Below are positions 47,645-57,385 of a stretch of 64,000 bases of DNA, in pieces. Location: contig JBEKSD010000002.1 of assembly GCA_049517335.1 (NCBI GenBank), forward strand, positions 1-64,000, written 5' to 3'. A program made the position numbers and the translations under genes. The notes beneath the pieces were generated by a model that was not told where the DNA came from, made no database searches, and was given only the letters and a program-made list of their open reading frames with translations. Positions within the stretch are counted from its first letter, which is position 1, and the number at the start of each line of letters is the position of its first letter. Origin of the DNA: Candidatus Omnitrophota bacterium. Its GTDB lineage: Bacteria > Omnitrophota > Gorgyraeia > Gygaellales > Profunditerraquicolaceae.

Positions 47645-47661
47645 ATACACCAAAATATTTT

Positions 47662-47732
47662 GCGGGAGTAGTTCAGTGGTAGAACAATAGCCTTCCAAGC
47701 TATATATGGGGGTTCGATTCCCCTCTCCCGCT
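47662..47732 (+). tRNA. tRNA-Gly (TCC)
   Basis: GCGGGAG/CTCCCGC, ATAGC-CTTCCAA-GCTAT, TTCGATT. Confidence 0.93.
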
Positions 47733-47786
47733 TAAATGAGGCTATAATCGTTTAAGCGAAGAAACAACAAAAAAAAGACAGAAAAC

Positions 47787-48548
47787 ATGGAAAAAGAATT
47801 TTTAGAACCTGTATTTATCGACGCTTTTGACGTAGATGACGCCTGGTTTCAGTGTTTATCGGCAATCTTGGAAAAAGGGCACGTATATACCATCACCCGC
47901 GGCAGCTATGAAGGCCAAAGGCGCCTTGAGTTTGATTTTGTGACCGTACGCATAAAAAAACCTTCCCACCAGATTATCCCCATAATACCGGAAGGAATGA
48001 GTATTCCCGCACCCACTGATATGGATTACGTTCAGGGGTATTTAAGTTATCTTTTAACCGGGACAAAGACTAACACGGAAGATTATACTTACGGCGAGAG
48101 GTTGGTTGACCCTAAAATGCGTTTTAAAGAAACTGTGGACGGCAAAGAAATGGTCAAAGAGATGCCGCTTAACGTAAATCAGGTTGAGGAAGTAATCAAG
48201 CTCTATAAAGAGAAAGGCCAAGGGACCAATCAGGCTACTATGGAAATTGGGATGCCCGGGGACATTAAATTAGTTGACCCGCCGTGCTTAAGAATCATTG
48301 ATACGCGCATCCGCTACGGCAAGCTTCACTTTATTCTCTATTTCCGTTCCTGGGATTTATGGGGAGGTTTCCCTTCTAATTTAGGAGGACTCCAGTTAGT
48401 CAAGCAGTATATGGCAGATGAGATTGGCGTTAGCGACGGAGAAATGGTGGCTGTTAGTAAGGGCTTGCATCTTTATGAATATTCATGGGATTTAGCCAAA
48501 ATGCGCACCAATAAAAATAACTTAAGTTTAAAACAACATGGAGAATAA
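47787..48548 (+). CDS. thyA: Thymidylate synthase (divergent, archaeal-like ThyA)
   Basis: YTYGER, DPPCLR, FRSWDL..GFP.N, GLHLY. Confidence 0.8.
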   Translation: MEKEFLEPVFIDAFDVDDAWFQCLSAILEKGHVYTITRGSYEGQRRLEFDFVTVRIKKPSHQIIPIIPEGMSIPAPTDMDYVQGYLSYLLTGTKTNTEDYTYGERLVDPKMRFKETVDGKEMVKEMPLNVNQVEEVIKLYKEKGQGTNQATMEIGMPGDIKLVDPPCLRIIDTRIRYGKLHFILYFRSWDLWGGFPSNLGGLQLVKQYMADEIGVSDGEMVAVSKGLHLYEYSWDLAKMRTNKNNLSLKQHGE

Positions 48549-48939
48549 TTATACCGGCCCTGAGCGCAGGCAATTCCCGAGAGTTGAACATGTTACTCCT
48601 CTGGCTTATAAGGTTTGCAGCAAAGAGACCGTAACTAAATTACTTCAGGGCTACACCTCTGACATAAGCCAGTCAGGCTTGTCCTGCATGCTAAAGAATA
48701 GGGTAAACGAAGATGATATTATGTGGCTTTCTTTTGACCGCGCGGTACTTTCCATATGCGAGGGAATTGATAAAAAAGTCTTTATTTATCAAAACGGCAT
48801 TATCGCGAAAGTCTCAAGGGTTGAGGCCTCCGAAGATGATTCTTATGAGGTAGGAGTGCAATTTATTCTGCGAGAAGAAAAGAACGTATCATATATTTAT
48901 CCCAGCGTCTATTTTTTAGGACAGAAATCAAATGAATAA
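48538..48939 (+). CDS. PilZ domain protein
   Basis: YTGPERRQFPR (RxxxR) and DISQSG (DxSxxG); ends GVQF. Confidence 0.85.
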   Translation: MENNYTGPERRQFPRVEHVTPLAYKVCSKETVTKLLQGYTSDISQSGLSCMLKNRVNEDDIMWLSFDRAVLSICEGIDKKVFIYQNGIIAKVSRVEASEDDSYEVGVQFILREEKNVSYIYPSVYFLGQKSNE

Positions 48940-49939
48940 CAAGGTAAAACCAAGGATTTCCATTATCGGTGACGGCGGTTGGGGGACAACTTTGGCGATA
49001 GCCCTTTCAAAAAAGGGTTATAACGTTACCGTTTGGGGGGCATTCCCGGATTACTGCACCTATGTGGCTACGAACAGGATTAATCCAAAATTCCTACCGG
49101 GAATAAGAATCCCCAAAGATATCGGGATTACTCATAATTTAAGAAATGTCTTGCCCGGCAGAGAACTCATAATCCTTGCCGTGCCTTCACAACATATGAG
49201 AGAAGTATTAAGAAAGGTTAAGAACGCACCTTATCCGAAAGATACGGTATATTTAAGCGTAACAAAAGGCATTGAAATCGGTACGCTTAAAAGGATGTCT
49301 GAGGTAATCAAAAGCGAACTTGGGCCTGTTAAATTAGGGGTCTTATCAGGTCCGACAATTGCCCATGAAGTGGCAAAAGGAATACCAACTACAGCGGTGG
49401 TCAGTTCCTATGACGCTAAAATCCGCACTTATCTACAAAATATCTTTATGACCGACAAATTCAGGATTTATACCAACGCTGATGTCATTGGGGTAGAATT
49501 GGGCGGCAGCCTGAAAAATGTAATCGCTATTGCCTGTGGCATATCGGACGGCCTCGGATTCGGAACGAATACTAAAGCTGGAATCCTTTCGCGCGGCTTA
49601 GCTGAGATTTCGCGCCTAGGGCGCGCTATGGGAGCGAATGCCTCTACGTTTTCCGGCTTAAGCGGCTTAGGCGACCTCGTTACTACCTGTATAAGTACTT
49701 ACAGCAGGAACAGGTTTGTAGGGCAGCGGCTAGGCAAAGGTAAAACATTAAAACAAATAGAATCCCATATGCAGATGGTGGCTGAAGGCGTGCCAACGAC
49801 AAAATCAGCTTACGCACTATCGCGGAAATACAAAGTGGATATGCCGATAACGATGGAAATTTACCACGTCCTTTACAATAATAAATCTCCGTTAAAAGCA
49901 GTTAGGGATTTGATGACGAGAGAAAAGAAGGACGAATAG
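48932..49939 (+). CDS. gpsA: NAD(P)H-dependent glycerol-3-phosphate dehydrogenase
   Basis: GDGGWGT, TKGIE, LSGP..A.E, GG.LKNVIAI, GLGDL.TTC...SRN, AEGV.T. Confidence 0.96.
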   Translation: MNNKVKPRISIIGDGGWGTTLAIALSKKGYNVTVWGAFPDYCTYVATNRINPKFLPGIRIPKDIGITHNLRNVLPGRELIILAVPSQHMREVLRKVKNAPYPKDTVYLSVTKGIEIGTLKRMSEVIKSELGPVKLGVLSGPTIAHEVAKGIPTTAVVSSYDAKIRTYLQNIFMTDKFRIYTNADVIGVELGGSLKNVIAIACGISDGLGFGTNTKAGILSRGLAEISRLGRAMGANASTFSGLSGLGDLVTTCISTYSRNRFVGQRLGKGKTLKQIESHMQMVAEGVPTTKSAYALSRKYKVDMPITMEIYHVLYNNKSPLKAVRDLMTREKKDE

Positions 49940-49965
49940 ATAAAATACTAAGCCGGAAAGATTTA

Positions 49966-50043
49966 CGGGGCGTGGCTCAGCTTGGCTAGAGCGCTTGAAT
50001 GGGGTTCAAGAGGTCACAGGTTCAAGTCCTGTCGCCCCGACCA
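49966..50043 (+). tRNA. tRNA-Pro (GGG), CCA encoded
   Basis: CGGGGCG/CGCCCCG, CTTGA-ATGGGGT-TCAAG, TTCAAGT. Confidence 0.93.
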
Positions 50044-50067
50044 AATTTTTTAGAAGGAGGGTTAAAG

Positions 50068-50424
50068 ATGGCATATACCGGTCCTGAAAGACGAAAGCAT
50101 CAACGCATAAGTGGCCGTTTTATCGTATCATACCGTATCATTGACCCGGACGACGTAAGAGATGTTTCCCAGACAAAAAATATCAGCGTCGGCGGAATGC
50201 TTCTTACGACAAACAGGCATTTTGATGTAGGCACGAACCTTGCTTTAGAAATCAGGCTTCCCTTTGACCCGCACCCGATAATGATTATCGCAAAAGTGGC
50301 AGAGTCTCATGAAATCACCAAAAATATAATTTACGATACCCGGCTTATCTTTCTGGCGGTAGATGAGAGACATAGGAAAGTAATACAGGAAACTATAAAT
50401 TACTATTCAAAGAAAGGGCATTAA
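50068..50424 (+). CDS. PilZ domain protein
   Basis: ATG at 50068 after AGGAGG; YTGPERRKHQR and NISVGG. The ORF-track start lies within tRNA-Pro. Confidence 0.88.
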   Translation: MAYTGPERRKHQRISGRFIVSYRIIDPDDVRDVSQTKNISVGGMLLTTNRHFDVGTNLALEIRLPFDPHPIMIIAKVAESHEITKNIIYDTRLIFLAVDERHRKVIQETINYYSKKGH

Positions 50425-51720
50425 ATGAGAAAGATTAACGTAGGGTTGATCGGGTTTGGCAACATCGGCTCCGGAGTTGTCAAAATCCTCCGCGATAGAA
50501 AAGCGTATCTGGCCCAAAAAATCGGCTTAGAAATTGAGATCAAAAAAATATGCGATAAAGATATCAGTTCCAAGAGGGCTGTTTCAGTTGATAAAGGACT
50601 GTTTACGAATGACGCTCGGGTAGTAATAGACGATCCACAGATAGACATTGTAATTGAGCTGGTTGGTGGGCTGCATCCGGCAAAAGAATTTATTTTAGGG
50701 GCATTAAAAAAAGGCAAAAACGTAGTTACCGCAAATAAGGCCTTGCTTGCTCAAGCCGGCTCGGAATTATTTGCCGAGGCGCTCGACCGGGGAAAAAATA
50801 TTTATTTTGAGGCTTCCGTCGGCGGCGGGATACCGATTATAAAGTCTTTGCGCGAAGGGCTGATAGCGAACCATTTTAACAGCGTTTTCGGCATCGTAAA
50901 CGGGACCTCTAATTATATTTTATCGCGGATGTCGCAATGCGGCTTAAGCTTTAGCCAGGCACTGGATGAAGCAAAGAAAAAGGGCTTTGCCGAAAAAGAC
51001 CCTACCCTTGACATTGAAGGCATTGATTCGGCGCATAAACTCATCCTACTTACTTACCTTTGCTTCGGGAAATTGATAAATTTTGAGGATGTTTTCATTG
51101 AAGGTATATCAAGGATTTCTTCATCCGACATACAATACGCTAAAGAGCTGGGTTTAGAGATCAAATTACTGGCTATCGCCAAAAAGAAAGATGACGGGCT
51201 GGAAGTAAGGGTGCATCCTACTTTAATCCCCAAAAATCATCTCCTCGCTTCTATTGACGGGGTATTTAACGCTATATACGTATCAGGCGATCTAGCGGGG
51301 AATCTATTATTTTACGGCCCCGGCGCAGGGCAGCTACCTACTGCTTCGGCAGTAGTTTCGGATTTAGTTGACCTGACTCAAGATATTAAAGCAGGATTAT
51401 TCAGGCCGACACTAAATATCGTAGCGGACAAATCTATTAAAAAACTGCGCAATATTGACGAAACTGAAAGCCGTTATTACATCCGTTTCATGGTTCTTGA
51501 TAAGCCGGGAGTACTGGCGAAGATTTCAGGAATCCTGGCTAAATTCGGAATCAGCATTGCTTCTGTTTCCCAGAAAGAACGCAAGGCAGCGCATGTCGTG
51601 CCTGTGGTAATCGTGATACACCGTGCACGGGAAAAAGATTTACGCGCAGCCCTATCCATGATTGATAAACTTGACGTTGTTAAGGAAAATTCCGTTGCCA
51701 TAAGAATAGAGGAATTTTAA
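50425..51720 (+). CDS. hom: Homoserine dehydrogenase with ACT domain
   Basis: [50 protein letters not shown]. Confidence 0.96.
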   Translation: MRKINVGLIGFGNIGSGVVKILRDRKAYLAQKIGLEIEIKKICDKDISSKRAVSVDKGLFTNDARVVIDDPQIDIVIELVGGLHPAKEFILGALKKGKNVVTANKALLAQAGSELFAEALDRGKNIYFEASVGGGIPIIKSLREGLIANHFNSVFGIVNGTSNYILSRMSQCGLSFSQALDEAKKKGFAEKDPTLDIEGIDSAHKLILLTYLCFGKLINFEDVFIEGISRISSSDIQYAKELGLEIKLLAIAKKKDDGLEVRVHPTLIPKNHLLASIDGVFNAIYVSGDLAGNLLFYGPGAGQLPTASAVVSDLVDLTQDIKAGLFRPTLNIVADKSIKKLRNIDETESRYYIRFMVLDKPGVLAKISGILAKFGISIASVSQKERKAAHVVPVVIVIHRAREKDLRAALSMIDKLDVVKENSVAIRIEEF

Positions 51721-52787
51721 TGGACGAAAGAAAATATTGCGGGATAATCGGTAGGTATAAAAAATATCTACCCGTATCGGATAAGACACCGGTTATTACT
51801 TTGAACGAAGGTAATACCCCTTTAATTCATGCCGGATATTTAAGTAAACTGCTGGGTAAAGGATTTGAAGTTTACTTAAAATATGAAGGGTTGAACCCCA
51901 CAGGCTCCTTTAAAGACAGGGGTATGACCCTGGCAATCTCCAAGGCATGCGAGGCAGGCTCAAAAGCAGTCATGTGCGCTTCTACCGGAAATACTTCCGC
52001 ATCAGCTGCCGCATATGCTGCGCGTGCAGGCATTAAATGCATTGTCTTAATCCCCAGCGGAGCCATAGCGCTCGGTAAATTAAGCCAGGCAATGATCCAC
52101 GGCGCAACGGTTTTGGCAGTAAAGGGTAATTTTGATGACGCGCTTAATCTGGCCAAAGAAATAACCGCCAACTATCCGATAACATTAGTTAATTCCCTCA
52201 ACCCCTATCGTATTGAAGGACAGAAGACCGCAAGTTTTGAGATATGCGATTACTTGGGTTATGCGCCTGATTTTCAGGTTATGCCCGTAGGCAATGCCGG
52301 CAATATTACGGCATATTGGAAAGGCTATAAAGAATATAAAGAAGATTTAAAAATCACCGATAATTTACCAGCGATGCTCGGTTTTCAGGCAGAAGGAGCT
52401 GCTCCAATAGTAAAGGGGCATCCTATAAAGAACCCGAAAACCCTGGCTACCGCCATAAGGATAGGGAATCCTGCCAGCTGGAAGAGCGCTGTGCAGGCAA
52501 GAGACGAATCAGGCGGACTTATTGATATGGTTTCAGACCAACAGATACTTGCAGCTTATAAATTATTGGCGGAAAAAGAAGGCGTGTTTGTGGAGCCGGC
52601 TTCTGCTGCATCAATTGCCGGATTATTGAAATTATCAAAGAAGGGTTACTTTAAAAGGGGAGCTAAAATAACCTGCATTCTTACCGGGCACGGCTTAAAG
52701 GATCCGGATTGCGTGATTAAAACAATTAAAAAACCTAAAACGGTAAAAGTAAACGCCAAAGCAATATTAAAAGAAATCGGCTACTAA
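51720..52787 (+). CDS. thrC: Threonine synthase
   Basis: [46 protein letters not shown]. Confidence 0.96.
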   Translation: MDERKYCGIIGRYKKYLPVSDKTPVITLNEGNTPLIHAGYLSKLLGKGFEVYLKYEGLNPTGSFKDRGMTLAISKACEAGSKAVMCASTGNTSASAAAYAARAGIKCIVLIPSGAIALGKLSQAMIHGATVLAVKGNFDDALNLAKEITANYPITLVNSLNPYRIEGQKTASFEICDYLGYAPDFQVMPVGNAGNITAYWKGYKEYKEDLKITDNLPAMLGFQAEGAAPIVKGHPIKNPKTLATAIRIGNPASWKSAVQARDESGGLIDMVSDQQILAAYKLLAEKEGVFVEPASAASIAGLLKLSKKGYFKRGAKITCILTGHGLKDPDCVIKTIKKPKTVKVNAKAILKEIGY

Positions 52788-52791
52788 AGTT

Positions 52792-53379
52792 TTGAAAAAC
52801 TACAGGGGAAAAAGAATATTAATCACCGCCGGCCCGACCTGGACAGCGATAGATAAGGTGAGGGTAATCAGCAATACGGCAAGCGGAGAAACCGGCAAAT
52901 TACTCGCTCAGGCCCTGACTGGGCTGGGAGCTAAGGTTACTTTATTATCAGGCCCTTTTAGTTTTGATTATTTAAGAAGCTCTTTAACAAAAGAATTAAG
53001 GTCAAAAAAATACGCTATCGTGATTCACTCGGCAGCAGTTTCTGATTACCGCCCGGCAAAAGTATTTAACGGTAAACTTGAATCCGGGAGGGAATCTTTA
53101 ACTTTAAAACTTGTACAGGCGCCGAAGATTATTAATTCAATAAAGAAAATATCTCCTGGCTCACTTTTGGTAGGTTTCAAATTTGAACCTGAAGCCTCAA
53201 AAACGAAACTGATAAAAGAAGCTAAATTTCTTTTAAACAAGGCAAAAGCGGATTTTGTAGTCGCGAATACTAAAAATAACAATAAGTACCGGGCGTTCAT
53301 TATTTCCCGAAGTGAAACCCTAGGCCCGTTTTTAAGTAAAAGTGCACTGGTTAACTCTTTAATCCATACTTTACTATGA
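52792..53379 (+). CDS. coaB: Phosphopantothenate-cysteine ligase domain only (CoaB-like)
   Basis: LITAGPT...D.VR.ISN..SG, AAVSDY.P, LVGFK.E, VAN. No CoaC flavoprotein domain. Confidence 0.75.
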   Translation: MKNYRGKRILITAGPTWTAIDKVRVISNTASGETGKLLAQALTGLGAKVTLLSGPFSFDYLRSSLTKELRSKKYAIVIHSAAVSDYRPAKVFNGKLESGRESLTLKLVQAPKIINSIKKISPGSLLVGFKFEPEASKTKLIKEAKFLLNKAKADFVVANTKNNNKYRAFIISRSETLGPFLSKSALVNSLIHTLL

Positions 53380-54581
53380 AATATATTGTTTTAGTCGCAG
53401 ATGGAATGGCTGATTATCCGGTTAAAGAACTGGGAGACCGCACTCCTATAGAAGCGGCGCGCACCCCTAACCTAGATTTCATTGCAAAGAACGGCTCGCT
53501 CGGTAGGATTAAAACTATACCCGATAAAATGAGTCCGGCTTCCGATGTGGCGAACCTTTCCATCATTGGATACGACCCGCAAAAGTATTATACCGGGCGC
53601 GGCCCGCTTGAGGCGGCAAATTTGGGCGTAGAACTTGAAGAGGACGATGTTGCTTTCCGCTGTAACCTCATTACCGCTTCAGGGGATACCCTTGTAGATT
53701 ACAGCGCCGGTCATATCAAGACCGAAGAAGCGTCTATCCTGATAAAATACCTTGATCAGGCCTTAGGAGGCGAACGGATAAAATTCTACCCCGGAGTAAG
53801 CTACCGGCATCTTCTTCTAATCAAGGGCGGTTCTGATAAGGATCTTGAAAATTTAAAATGCCGGGCACCCCATGATATTACCGGAGAAAATATCATAAAG
53901 AATCTCCCTAAAGGCAACGGCGCAGAAACCATAATTAGGCTAATGGAGGACTCTCGTAAACTACTGGAGCGCCATGAAATTAACCTTATCAGGATAGACC
54001 TGAAAGAAAATCCGGCAAATATGATCTGGCTATGGGGACAAGGAAAGAAACCGGTTCTGCCTAAGTTTATTGATAAATTCGGAATAACCGGCAGCGTCAT
54101 CTCTGCAGTAGATTTGATAAAAGGCTTGGGCAGATTTCTCGGCTTAGAAGTAATTAACGTAGAGGGTGCAACCGGTTATTACGACACTAATTATCAAGGA
54201 AAAGCAGACGCAGCGCTGAGATCGCTTAGAATACGCGATTTTGTTTTTGTGCATGTTGAGGCCCCTGATGAAGCAGGCCATAACGGCGACTTAAGGGAGA
54301 AAATTACCGCTATAGAAAGGTTTGACCAGCTTATCGTAGAAAGGATTCTGGAAGAATTCAAAGGCCGCGATGACTTCCGACTGCTTGTGCTCCCCGATCA
54401 CGCAACTCCGGTTTCGGTAAAGACTCACACCTCGGAACCAGTGCTTTTTGGTATCTTTGGCAAGGATATTCCAAAAGGCTCATTTCAGGCCTATTCTGAA
54501 AAGGAAGCGGAAAAATCCGGCCTGTATTTTGATAAAGGGTATGAACTAATGGAGTATTTTATCAGGGGGACTCATGCATAA
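53376..54581 (+). CDS. apgM: Cofactor-independent phosphoglycerate mutase family protein (ApgM; proposed homoserine kinase)
   Basis: DGMAD, TP.EAA.TP, SDVAN, Y.GRGPLEAA, HVEAPDEAGH, PDH.TP....H. Confidence 0.85.
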   Translation: MKYIVLVADGMADYPVKELGDRTPIEAARTPNLDFIAKNGSLGRIKTIPDKMSPASDVANLSIIGYDPQKYYTGRGPLEAANLGVELEEDDVAFRCNLITASGDTLVDYSAGHIKTEEASILIKYLDQALGGERIKFYPGVSYRHLLLIKGGSDKDLENLKCRAPHDITGENIIKNLPKGNGAETIIRLMEDSRKLLERHEINLIRIDLKENPANMIWLWGQGKKPVLPKFIDKFGITGSVISAVDLIKGLGRFLGLEVINVEGATGYYDTNYQGKADAALRSLRIRDFVFVHVEAPDEAGHNGDLREKITAIERFDQLIVERILEEFKGRDDFRLLVLPDHATPVSVKTHTSEPVLFGIFGKDIPKGSFQAYSEKEAEKSGLYFDKGYELMEYFIRGTHA

Positions 54582-55794
54582 AAAACTGATTGTTCAAAAG
54601 TTCGGCGGCTCATCGGTGGCAAATGCCGAATGCATTCAGAATGTCGCTAAAAGAATAGTCGGCTACAGAAAGAAAAAATATGACCTTGTTGTTGTGGTTT
54701 CCGCATTAGGCGATACTACGGATGAACTGATTGAATTGGCGGCTAAAATTACGAACAATCCTTCAAAAAGAGAAATGGACATGCTCCTTTCAACGGGTGA
54801 GCAGATATCCGTCGCGCTCTTGGCTATGGCAATCCACAAACTTGGGTATGAAGCAGTATCTTTTACCGGGGCACAGGTTGGAATCATTACCGATAAGAGC
54901 CATACAAAAGCGCGCATTATCAAGATTAACACCGATAAAATACGGCAAGCATTGAAAGAAAGAAAGATTGTAATTGTCGCTGGGTTTCAGGGCACGACAT
55001 TAGACCAGGATATTACGACTCTGGGCCGCGGCGGCTCGGACCTGACGGCTGTGGCATTAGCAAAAGAATTAAAAGCGGATGAATGCGAGATTTACACGGA
55101 CGTGGAGGGGATTTATACCACCGACCCCCGCATTGAGCCGAAAGCACAGAAATTAAAGGATATTACTTACGATGAAATGCTTGAGATGGCTTCACTCGGG
55201 GCTCAAGTTATGCAGCCACGTTCAATAGAAGTTGCCAAAAAGTTTGATGTCCCCCTGCACGTGCGTTCTTCGTTTTCCTTTAATCCCGGAACCATGATTA
55301 TCAAGGAGGTAAAAATAATGGAAGAGGTAGTTATCAGAGGAGTGACTTTAAATAAAAGCGAGGCAAAAATCACAATCTGTGATGTCCCAGATAAGCCGGG
55401 GGTTGCGGCGAAAATATTCAAGGAATTATCTTCGGGCGGAATAAGCGTTGACATGATCGTCCAGAATGTGAGTCATACACGCAAGACCGACCTTTCATTT
55501 ACAGTCACAAAAACGGACCTGCCGAAAGCATCGCGGCTTGTTAAGAAGGTCGCCAAGAACGTGGGTGCGGGAGAGGTTTTGAAGGATCAGGATATTGCCC
55601 GGGTTTCGGTTGTAGGAGTGGGGATGAAGTCGCATCCGGGCGTGGCGGCAACTATGTTTGGCACTATGGCGGAAAAACAAATTAACATTGAGATGATTTC
55701 AACGTCCGATATCAGTATTTCCTGTATCATAAAAAAGAAATTTGCTGAAATCGCAGTCAAGGCATTGCACGAAAAATTCGGTTTGGGGAAATAA
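54574..55794 (+). CDS. lysC: Aspartate kinase
   Basis: VQKFGGSSV, VVSA.G..TD, TTLGRGGSD.TA, DV.G.YT.DP, two ACT domains. Confidence 0.96.
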   Translation: MHKKLIVQKFGGSSVANAECIQNVAKRIVGYRKKKYDLVVVVSALGDTTDELIELAAKITNNPSKREMDMLLSTGEQISVALLAMAIHKLGYEAVSFTGAQVGIITDKSHTKARIIKINTDKIRQALKERKIVIVAGFQGTTLDQDITTLGRGGSDLTAVALAKELKADECEIYTDVEGIYTTDPRIEPKAQKLKDITYDEMLEMASLGAQVMQPRSIEVAKKFDVPLHVRSSFSFNPGTMIIKEVKIMEEVVIRGVTLNKSEAKITICDVPDKPGVAAKIFKELSSGGISVDMIVQNVSHTRKTDLSFTVTKTDLPKASRLVKKVAKNVGAGEVLKDQDIARVSVVGVGMKSHPGVAATMFGTMAEKQINIEMISTSDISISCIIKKKFAEIAVKALHEKFGLGK

Positions 55795-55808
55795 TTTAAG
55801 GGGTCAAT

Positions 55809-57377
55809 ATGCATAAAGTAAAATTATATGATACGACGCTACGTGACGGAGCGCAAGGTGAGGGCATTTCTTATTCTGTGTTGGATAAGATCAGTATTAC
55901 GCGAGAACTGGATTTATTTGGAGTGCATTATATCGAAGGCGGCTGGCCAGGGTCAAACCCGAAAGATATGGAGTTTTTCCTTCAGATGAAAAAGAAGGAA
56001 CTAAAAAACGCAAAACTCACAGCTTTCAGTATGACGAGGCGAGTGGACGCAAAAGCCGAAGACGATATCAGCCTTAAAGCGATACTTAAGTCCGGGGCTA
56101 CCGTTGTAACTATCGTCGGTAAAACGTGGGACCTGCATGTAAAAGAAGTACTTAAGGTCGGGCTTGATGAAAATATAAAGATGATTAAAGATACGGTGGA
56201 ATTTATCAAAAATTCCGGCCTTACGGTTTTTTATGATGCGGAACATTTTTTTGACGCGTGGAAAAATAATAAAGACTACAGTTTAAAATGCTTAAACGCC
56301 GCAGTTGACGCAGGTGCACAAGCAGTGTGCCTCTGCGATACTAACGGCGGCACAATTACTTCCGAGATCTCCCGGGTCGTCGCGGAAGTAAGGCGTCATT
56401 TCAAAGATATAATGGTAGGTATTCATTGCCATAATGATGCTGGCCTCGCGGTGGCAAACTCCATTGCTGCGGCTGAGGCAGGCGCGGATATGGTGCAGGG
56501 GACAATCAACGGGTATGGCGAAAGATGCGGGAACGCCGACCTTATCCCGATCATCGCTAATCTTAAATTAAAATTAGGAATTAACTGCGTCCCTGATTCC
56601 GCCTTAAAAAACCTGACCCATTTATCGCATTTTATCAGCGAAATCAGCAATATGCGCACAAAAAATGACCAGCCTTTCGTAGGAGAATCTGCTTTTGCGC
56701 ATAAAGGTGGGATGCATATTAACGCGGTAATGAAAGAACCGAAAACATATGAGCATATTGACCCCACTTGTGTGGGAAATCACCGCAGAATACTGGTTTC
56801 TGAATTAGGCGGCAAGACGGGTATACTGCTGCGCGCTAAAGCGCTGGAATTTGATTTGAGCAAAGAAGATCCAAAGACCAAAAAGATATTGGAGTTGGTG
56901 CAGAAATTAGAACATCAGGGTTATCACTTTGAAGCAGCTGAAGCGTCTTTCGAACTTCTGATGAAGCGAGCGCTTAATAAATATAAGAAATTCTTTGAAT
57001 TGGAAGGTTTCCGGGTAGTGATTGAAAAACTTTCTGATAAAAAGATTACATCGGAAGCAATAATTAAATTAAAAGTAAACGGAATCAAAGAACATACCGC
57101 AGCCGATGGTGACGGGCCGGTTAATGCCCTGGACAACGCTCTGCGTAAGGCTCTGAAAGAATTTTACCCTACGCTATCTAAAATGCATCTTTCGGATTTT
57201 AAGGTGCGGGTATTGGAAGGCAAAGAAGGTACTGCTGCGAAGGTACGCGTCCTTATCCAGTCGCAGGATGAAATTAATGCCTGGAATACTATTGGAGTCC
57301 ATGAAAATATTATTGAAGCTAGCTGGGAGGCTCTCGTAGACAGTATTGAGTATAAATTGTTAAAAGATTCACCATAG
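55809..57377 (+). CDS. cimA: Citramalate synthase
   Basis: YDTTLRDGAQGEGIS, EGGWPGSNPKD, YDAEHFFD, HCHND, FAHKGG.H, regulatory domain GPVNALD. Confidence 0.9.
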   Translation: MHKVKLYDTTLRDGAQGEGISYSVLDKISITRELDLFGVHYIEGGWPGSNPKDMEFFLQMKKKELKNAKLTAFSMTRRVDAKAEDDISLKAILKSGATVVTIVGKTWDLHVKEVLKVGLDENIKMIKDTVEFIKNSGLTVFYDAEHFFDAWKNNKDYSLKCLNAAVDAGAQAVCLCDTNGGTITSEISRVVAEVRRHFKDIMVGIHCHNDAGLAVANSIAAAEAGADMVQGTINGYGERCGNADLIPIIANLKLKLGINCVPDSALKNLTHLSHFISEISNMRTKNDQPFVGESAFAHKGGMHINAVMKEPKTYEHIDPTCVGNHRRILVSELGGKTGILLRAKALEFDLSKEDPKTKKILELVQKLEHQGYHFEAAEASFELLMKRALNKYKKFFELEGFRVVIEKLSDKKITSEAIIKLKVNGIKEHTAADGDGPVNALDNALRKALKEFYPTLSKMHLSDFKVRVLEGKEGTAAKVRVLIQSQDEINAWNTIGVHENIIEASWEALVDSIEYKLLKDSP

Positions 57378-57385
57378 ATACCGTT

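Noticed and set aside
47405-47698. ORFs 47405-47698 (-) and 47435-47671 (+)
   Set aside because: Shadow ORFs over the tRNA-Thr/Tyr/Gly genes.
49999-50067. N-terminal extension of the second PilZ ORF
   Set aside because: Lies within tRNA-Pro. An SD-supported ATG is at 50068.
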